Below are positions 58,256 to 64,000 of a stretch of 64,000 bases of DNA, one piece after another; the first letter of the stretch is position 1; the number at the start of each line of letters is the position of its first letter. Position numbers and translations under genes: made by a program. The stretch comes from Bdellovibrionales bacterium (GTDB lineage Bacteria > Bdellovibrionota > Bdellovibrionia > Bdellovibrionales > JAUICD01): assembly GCA_965262715.1 (NCBI GenBank), contig OZ253553.1, positions 800,001-864,000 on the forward strand, in the 5' to 3' direction. The notes beneath the pieces were generated by a model. It did no database searches and was not told the DNA's origin. It worked only from the letters and a program-made list of their open reading frames with translations.

Positions 58256-61235
58256 TTTTTCACTAAAATGCATCTCGCCTCTGGCGATTTTCTGACAGTC
58301 AGCCTGAAGGTTCACACCTTCAGAAAAAGCTGACTGTCTAGAAAAACTGATGCATTTTAGTAGGAAGAATCTTCTTGTTTTTTTTAAACATGTTAAGGAA
58401 ATCATCCCCTTTTCAGTCTATTTATCTTCCAAAGCTAATATTTGTGCAACAGATATTTTTTTTGTTGTTCCCACATTCAAGTTTTCTCTGAAAGAAAAGA
58501 TAAAAAATAATAGAATGTCTTTGGCCTCAAAATAAGCTTTATCTCTTTTCATTTATCATTGTTTTTTGAAATAACCGTTAGTGTTATTTCAAAAATAAGA
58601 GATACAGCAATGAAAAGAGACCGGAGGGCTTATTTTGAGGGAAACAGCTAGCAAACTGCTGGTTTAAGCCACTCACCCACCCCTCCTTTTTCACTAAAAT
58701 GCATCTCGCCTCTGGCGATTTTCTGACAGTCAGCCTGAAGGTTCACACCTTCAGAAAAAGCTGACTGTCTAGAAAAACTGATGCATTTTAGTAGGAAGAA
58801 TCTTCTTGTTTTTTTTAAACATGTTAAGGAAATCATCCCCTTTTCAGTCTATTTATCTTCCAAAGCTAATATTTGTGCAACAGATATTTTTTTTGTTGTT
58901 CCCACATTCAAGTTTTCTCTGAAAGAAAAGATAAAAAATAATAGAATGTCTTTGGCCTCAAAATAAGCTTTATCTCTTTTCATTTATCATTGTTTTTTGA
59001 AATAACCGTTAGTGTTATTTCAAAAATAAGAGATACAGCAATGAAAAGAGACCGGAGGGCTTATTTTGAGGGAAACAGCTAGCAAACTGCTGGTTTAAGC
59101 CACTCACCCACCCCTCCTTTTTCACTAAAATGCATCTCGCCTCTGGCGATTTTCTGACAGTCAGCCTGAAGGTTCACACCTTCAGAAAAAGCTGACTGTC
59201 TAGAAAAACTGATGCATTTTAGTAGGAAGAATCTTCTTGTTTTTTTTAAACATGTTAAGGAAATCATCCCCTTTTCAGTCTATTTATCTTCCAAAGCTAA
59301 TATTTGTGCAACAGATATTTTTTTTGTTGTTCCCACATTCAAGTTTTCTCTGAAAGAAAAGATAAAAAATAATAGAATGTCTTTGGCCTCAAAATAAGCT
59401 TTATCTCTTTTCATTTATCATTGTTTTTTGAAATAACCGTTAGTGTTATTTCAAAAATAAGAGATACAGCAATGAAAAGAGACCGGAGGGCTTATTTTGA
59501 GGGAAACAGCTAGCAAACTGCTGGTTTAAGCCACTCACCCACCCCTCCTTTTTCACTAAAATGCATCTCGCCTCTGGCGATTTTCTGACAGTCAGCCTGA
59601 AGGTTCACACCTTCAGAAAAAGCTGACTGTCTAGAAAAACTGATGCATTTTAGTAGGAAGAATCTTCTTGTTTTTTTTAAACATGTTAAGGAAATCATCC
59701 CCTTTTCAGTCTATTTATCTTCCAAAGCTAATATTTGTGCAACAGATATTTTTTTTGTTGTTCCCACATTCAAGTTTTCTCTGAAAGAAAAGATAAAAAA
59801 TAATAGAATGTCTTTGGCCTCAAAATAAGCTTTATCTCTTTTCATTTATCATTGTTTTTTGAAATAACCGTTAGTGTTATTTCAAAAATAAGAGATACAG
59901 CAATGAAAAGAGACCGGAGGGCTTATTTTGAGGGAAACAGCTAGCAAACTGCTGGTTTAAGCCACTCACCCACCCCTCCTTTTTCACTAAAATGCATCTC
60001 GCCTCTGGCGATTTTCTGACAGTCAGCCTGAAGGTTCACACCTTCAGAAAAAGCTGACTGTCTAGAAAAACTGATGCATTTTAGTAGGAAGAATCTTCTT
60101 GTTTTTTTTAAACATGTTAAGGAAATCATCCCCTTTTCAGTCTATTTATCTTCCAAAGCTAATATTTGTGCAACAGATATTTTTTTTGTTGTTCCCACAT
60201 TCAAGTTTTCTCTGAAAGAAAAGATAAAAAATAATAGAATGTCTTTGGCCTCAAAATAAGCTTTATCTCTTTTCATTTATCATTGTTTTTTGAAATAACC
60301 GTTAGTGTTATTTCAAAAATAAGAGATACAGCAATGAAAAGAGACCGGAGGGCTTATTTTGAGGGAAACAGCTAGCAAACTGCTGGTTTAAGCCACTCAC
60401 CCACCCCTCCTTTTTCACTAAAATGCATCTCGCCTCTGGCGATTTTCTGACAGTCAGCCTGAAGGTTCACACCTTCAGAAAAAGCTGACTGTCTAGAAAA
60501 ACTGATGCATTTTAGTAGGAAGAATCTTCTTGTTTTTTTTAAACATGTTAAGGAAATCATCCCCTTTTCAGTCTATTTATCTTCCAAAGCTAATATTTGT
60601 GCAACAGATATTTTTTTTGTTGTTCCCACATTCAAGTTTTCTCTGAAAGAAAAGATAAAAAATAATAGAATGTCTTTGGCCTCAAAATAAGCTTTATCTC
60701 TTTTCATTTATCATTGTTTTTTGAAATAACCGTTAGTGTTATTTCAAAAATAAGAGATACAGCAATGAAAAGAGACCGGAGGGCTTATTTTGAGGGAAAC
60801 AGCTAGCAAACTGCTGGTTTAAGCCACTCACCCACCCCTCCTTTTTCACTAAAATGCATCTCGCCTCTGGCGATTTTCTGACAGTCAGCCTGAAGGTTCA
60901 CACCTTCAGAAAAAGCTGACTGTCTAGAAAAACTGATGCATTTTAGTAGGAAGAATCTTCTTGTTTTTTTTAAACATGTTAAGGAAATCATCCCCTTTTC
61001 AGTCTATTTATCTTCCAAAGCTAATATTTGTGCAACAGATATTTTTTTTGTTGTTCCCACATTCAAGTTTTCTCTGAAAGAAAAGATAAAAAATAATAGA
61101 ATGTCTTTGGCCTCAAAATAAGCTTTATCTCTTTTCATTTATCATTGTTTTTTGAAATAACCGTTAGTGTTATTTCAAAAATAAGAGATACAGCAATGAA
61201 AAGAGACCGGAGGGCTTATTTTGAGGGAAACAGCT
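58218..61235. repeat. Tandem array, 7 x 431 bp, each unit = trmD 3' tip + intergenic DNA + tRNA-Ser 5' half
   Basis: TAGCAAACTGCTGG recurs at 58218, 58649, 59080, 59511, 59942, 60373, 60804; copies look identical. Confidence 0.97.
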
Positions 61236-62010
61236 TTTTGGCATCTTTTGGAAGACCACAAGTTTCTCGTTCTTTTTCAGATAGATCCCAATAAAACTCT
61301 TCAATAGCCTTTTTTTCCTCAATAGAAATTTTATGAGCTTCTAGAAGGTGAGGTCTGCGAAAAAATGTTCTTAAAGTAGCTATTTTTCTCTCCCAGTCAG
61401 CGATTTCCTGATGATGGCCACTCAACAATACTTCAGGAACAGATCGCCTATTAAATACTCTAGGACGGGTGAACTGTGGTGGCTCTAAAAGTCCTTTTTC
61501 ATCGAAAGAATCTTTCTGTGAAGATACTTGATTGCCTAAAATTCCATGTTGCAACCGGACAATAACATCAATGACAACCATAGCAGCTAGTTCTCCACCG
61601 CTTAGAATATAGTTTCCAATAGACAATTCAATATCTATATCATCACAAATAACTCTTTCATCGATTCCTCCATAACGACCACAAATTAATATGAGTTGAT
61701 TTTTTTCGCTCAAGTCTCTAGCTAAGTCTTGAGTGAGAAGATGGCCTTGAGGACTCAAATAAATAGAAAGAGATTTAGGATGCCTTTTTATAGACCTGAT
61801 GGCCTTTGACAAAGGCTCTGGTCGATAAATCATTCCGTCACTACCTCCAAATGGGCGGTCATCTACCTGTTTGTATTTTTTGTCAGAAAATTGACGCAAA
61901 TCTATAGGATTTAGACAAATTTTATTGTCTAAAATTGCTTGCCCCACAATTCCTTTAAAGGCTGTTGACACAAAGATGTCTGGAAAAATTGTGACTATGT
62001 CAAGTTGCAA
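61216..62010 (-). CDS. trmD: tRNA (guanine-N1)-methyltransferase
   Basis: VDDRPFGG, YLSPQG, CGRYGGIDER, SIGNYILSGGE. Confidence 0.96.
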   Translation of the reverse strand: MQLDIVTIFPDIFVSTAFKGIVGQAILDNKICLNPIDLRQFSDKKYKQVDDRPFGGSDGMIYRPEPLSKAIRSIKRHPKSLSIYLSPQGHLLTQDLARDLSEKNQLILICGRYGGIDERVICDDIDIELSIGNYILSGGELAAMVVIDVIVRLQHGILGNQVSSQKDSFDEKGLLEPPQFTRPRVFNRRSVPEVLLSGHHQEIADWERKIATLRTFFRRPHLLEAHKISIEEKKAIEEFYWDLSEKERETCGLPKDAKKLFPSK

Positions 62011-62677
62011 AAAGATTCGCCTTTTTTCTGCCTTTGAAAGATTTATTTTTTGAAAGAAGGAGATTTTTCATGTTTTTATTTGGTATTTCATCTAAAAGAC
62101 CTTCTGGCAAATCCATGTAGACGTGTTGAGCTTGCCAGTCAATTTGAACTAGAAACTCTCTTACAAAAGGAATATCATAAATGTATCCATCTTTTTTGAC
62201 TTGAATGAGGTCTTGATGGCCATTAGAAGAAAAACTAACAATAGGTCCTATTTGATGGCCTAAATTGATCACTATAAAATTCTTAAGTTCAATGAGGTAA
62301 ATTTCTTCGCCTGATTGACTGGTAAAGCTAGATATAGGAACACTTACAAAAGCCCCATGCCACTTTTCAGCTTCTGAGCGGTCATCACAACCTTGAAATT
62401 TTACAATATAGCCTTCTTTGTGATTTCTAAAATAGTCAATATTAAAAGTAGAACTCAATTCTGCTTTCAAATTTACAATAGATTGAGGAGATTTGCCCTG
62501 TATTAAAGCATTTGTTTTCCTGTCTTTTATTAAAGTAAGTTCAGAGAGGTTATAAATCCATTTGGCCTGTCGAGTAAAAGGAAGAATAAATAGCTCTCCT
62601 TTGATACCATAAGCTCCTTTTACTTTGGCAAGTCTTATACTCTCTTTAAATTTGTTATTTGTTCTTGTCATTAGCAA
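62000..62677 (-). CDS. rimM: Ribosome maturation factor RimM
   Basis: AYGIKGEL, DRSEAE, IPFV, PEGLL; overlaps trmD start. Confidence 0.9.
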   Translation of the reverse strand: MLMTRTNNKFKESIRLAKVKGAYGIKGELFILPFTRQAKWIYNLSELTLIKDRKTNALIQGKSPQSIVNLKAELSSTFNIDYFRNHKEGYIVKFQGCDDRSEAEKWHGAFVSVPISSFTSQSGEEIYLIELKNFIVINLGHQIGPIVSFSSNGHQDLIQVKKDGYIYDIPFVREFLVQIDWQAQHVYMDLPEGLLDEIPNKNMKNLLLSKNKSFKGRKKANLFAT

Positions 62678-62943
62678 TATCTTTCATTATAAGTTAGTTA
62701 TATTGAGTAACTTTGTATCCATTTTGAATCAAATAAAGGCCTTGTATTGTTAAGTTTATTTGTAATCCATAATTTTCTATGTTATTTGTCAACCATTTAT
62801 AATACAATAAAGACAAAATGTTATGACCATATCTTAATGTGTGAGTTTCTCTTATATTTACCTAAGAGGGATGCATTTTACATACAAATGTTATAATTTA
62901 CAAACTTAAAAGCTACAAAGCTATAAATAAATAGGTGATCCTT

Positions 62944-64000
62944 ATGTCTGAAAAATTCAAATCCCAAGCTTCTTCACCTGACGAAGTTGAAAAGTCTGTG
63001 TTAGAAACACAAAAAGGTAAATCTCACCGCAAAAGTAACATCAATTTTACATGGAAAAAAGGTCTTTTTTACTTTTCTACCGTAGGTTTGATCTCTATAT
63101 GTTTAGTATTGGTTTTAGTGGCTCTTTACATATTTTTTCTTTCTACCACTCTACCTCATCTTGTCACGGCAGACGCTTATAAACCTCGTCTTGTTTCTGA
63201 AGTTTTTGATATAAATGGTGAAAAAATTGGAGAATTTTTCAGAGAAAAGCGTAAGCTTATTGCGATTAAAGATATTCCTGAAAAACTCATGCAAGCCTTT
63301 ATAGCAGCAGAAGATGCTAGATTTTATGAACATCAAGGCATCAATTATCTAGCTATTTTAAGGGCTTTTATGGTGAATTTAAGAGAAGGCCGTAAAGTAC
63401 AGGGAGGGTCAACAATCACTCAGCAAGTGGCTAGATCCTTACTGCTAACCCGTGAAAAAACCTATACTCGTAAACTCAAAGAAGTTCTACTGGCCTACAA
63501 AATGGAGGCCCATCTCACAAAAGAAGAAATTCTTTATCTTTATCTCAATCAGATATATCTAGGATCTGGAGTTTATGGAGTTGTGGTAGCTGCTGAAGTT
63601 TACTTTCGCAAAGACATTAAAGATTTGGCTTTAGAGGAGATAGCTATTTTAGCAGGTCTACCTCAAGCACCTAGCCGTTATTCTCCTATTATCAACCCTA
63701 AAGCGGCTAAAAATCGCCAAAAGTATGTTCTTGAGCGTATGGAAGACCAAGAATTTATTTCTAAAGAAGAAAAAGAAGAAGCACTTCAAAAAAATGTTAA
63801 AGTTTATTTTCGTAAAAATTATGAACAAGCTGCTCCTTACTATGTAGAAACTATCCGTCAGCAACTTGTCAAAGAATTAGGAGAAGATACTGTATTGGAC
63901 CAAGGCGTAAAAGTTTATACAACTATGAATCTTAAAAGGCAGATCATTGCTCAAAAAAGTCTTAAAGCAGGGTTAAGGCAGATTGATAAGAGACAGGGTT
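62944..64000 (+). CDS. mrcA: Class A penicillin-binding protein (PBP1A), 5' part, runs off window (not in ORF track)
   Basis: TM anchor, EDARFYEHQG, GGSTITQQVAR, RKLKE, KEEILYLYLNQIYLG transglycosylase motifs. Confidence 0.92.
   Translation, partial: MSEKFKSQASSPDEVEKSVLETQKGKSHRKSNINFTWKKGLFYFSTVGLISICLVLVLVALYIFFLSTTLPHLVTADAYKPRLVSEVFDINGEKIGEFFREKRKLIAIKDIPEKLMQAFIAAEDARFYEHQGINYLAILRAFMVNLREGRKVQGGSTITQQVARSLLLTREKTYTRKLKEVLLAYKMEAHLTKEEILYLYLNQIYLGSGVYGVVVAAEVYFRKDIKDLALEEIAILAGLPQAPSRYSPIINPKAAKNRQKYVLERMEDQEFISKEEKEEALQKNVKVYFRKNYEQAAPYYVETIRQQLVKELGEDTVLDQGVKVYTTMNLKRQIIAQKSLKAGLRQIDKRQG

Noticed and set aside
58217..61121. Fourteen repeated 61-62 aa ORFs on both strands
   Set aside because: They are translations of the 431-bp non-coding unit (tRNA half plus hairpin repeat), with no protein-like features
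58218..61235. Possible CRISPR array
   Set aside because: Units are 431 bp and identical throughout; no unique spacers and no cas genes

Overview
AT-rich bacterial chromosome segment, most consistent with a Bdellovibrionota/Oligoflexia-like organism. This placement is inferred from the Flp/Tad locus layout, RCC1 and Cys-rich lipoproteins and many secreted paralogues. Housekeeping genes are tRNA deaminase tadA (partial), radA, pgsA, purH, asnS, ygfZ, a DsbA-family gene, lipA, an E2 acyltransferase, lpdA, lipB, glmS, an hpt-like gene, tRNA-Ser(GCT), trmD, rimM and a partial PBP1A. A Flp/Tad pilus cluster is split by a 12.6-kb nested mobile element. Its outer shell is IS1595-derived (perfect 18-bp IRs, 8-bp TTAATATT target duplication). 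Inside is an IS3-bounded block carrying defence cargo: a 1741-aa nuclease-STAND ATPase (Avs/AVAST-like), a stand-alone HsdR-N nuclease and a decayed patatin/CapV-like gene. An IS1634 element also sits inside. Both IS1634 copies in the window are flanked by very long direct repeats (312 and 246 bp) that leave the hit genes intact. Other notable features are a dispersed intergenic hairpin repeat family with compensatory base changes and a conserved bulged A, and a 7 x 431-bp tandem array that yields six tRNA-Ser 5' halves broken in the anticodon loop. The window also has a signal-peptide-bearing degenerate Clp-like AAA+ protein, an HPRT homologue with altered catalytic residues, three tandem secreted paralogues of an unrecognised family, and four secreted ankyrin proteins. 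All calls are by eye from motifs; no searches were run.
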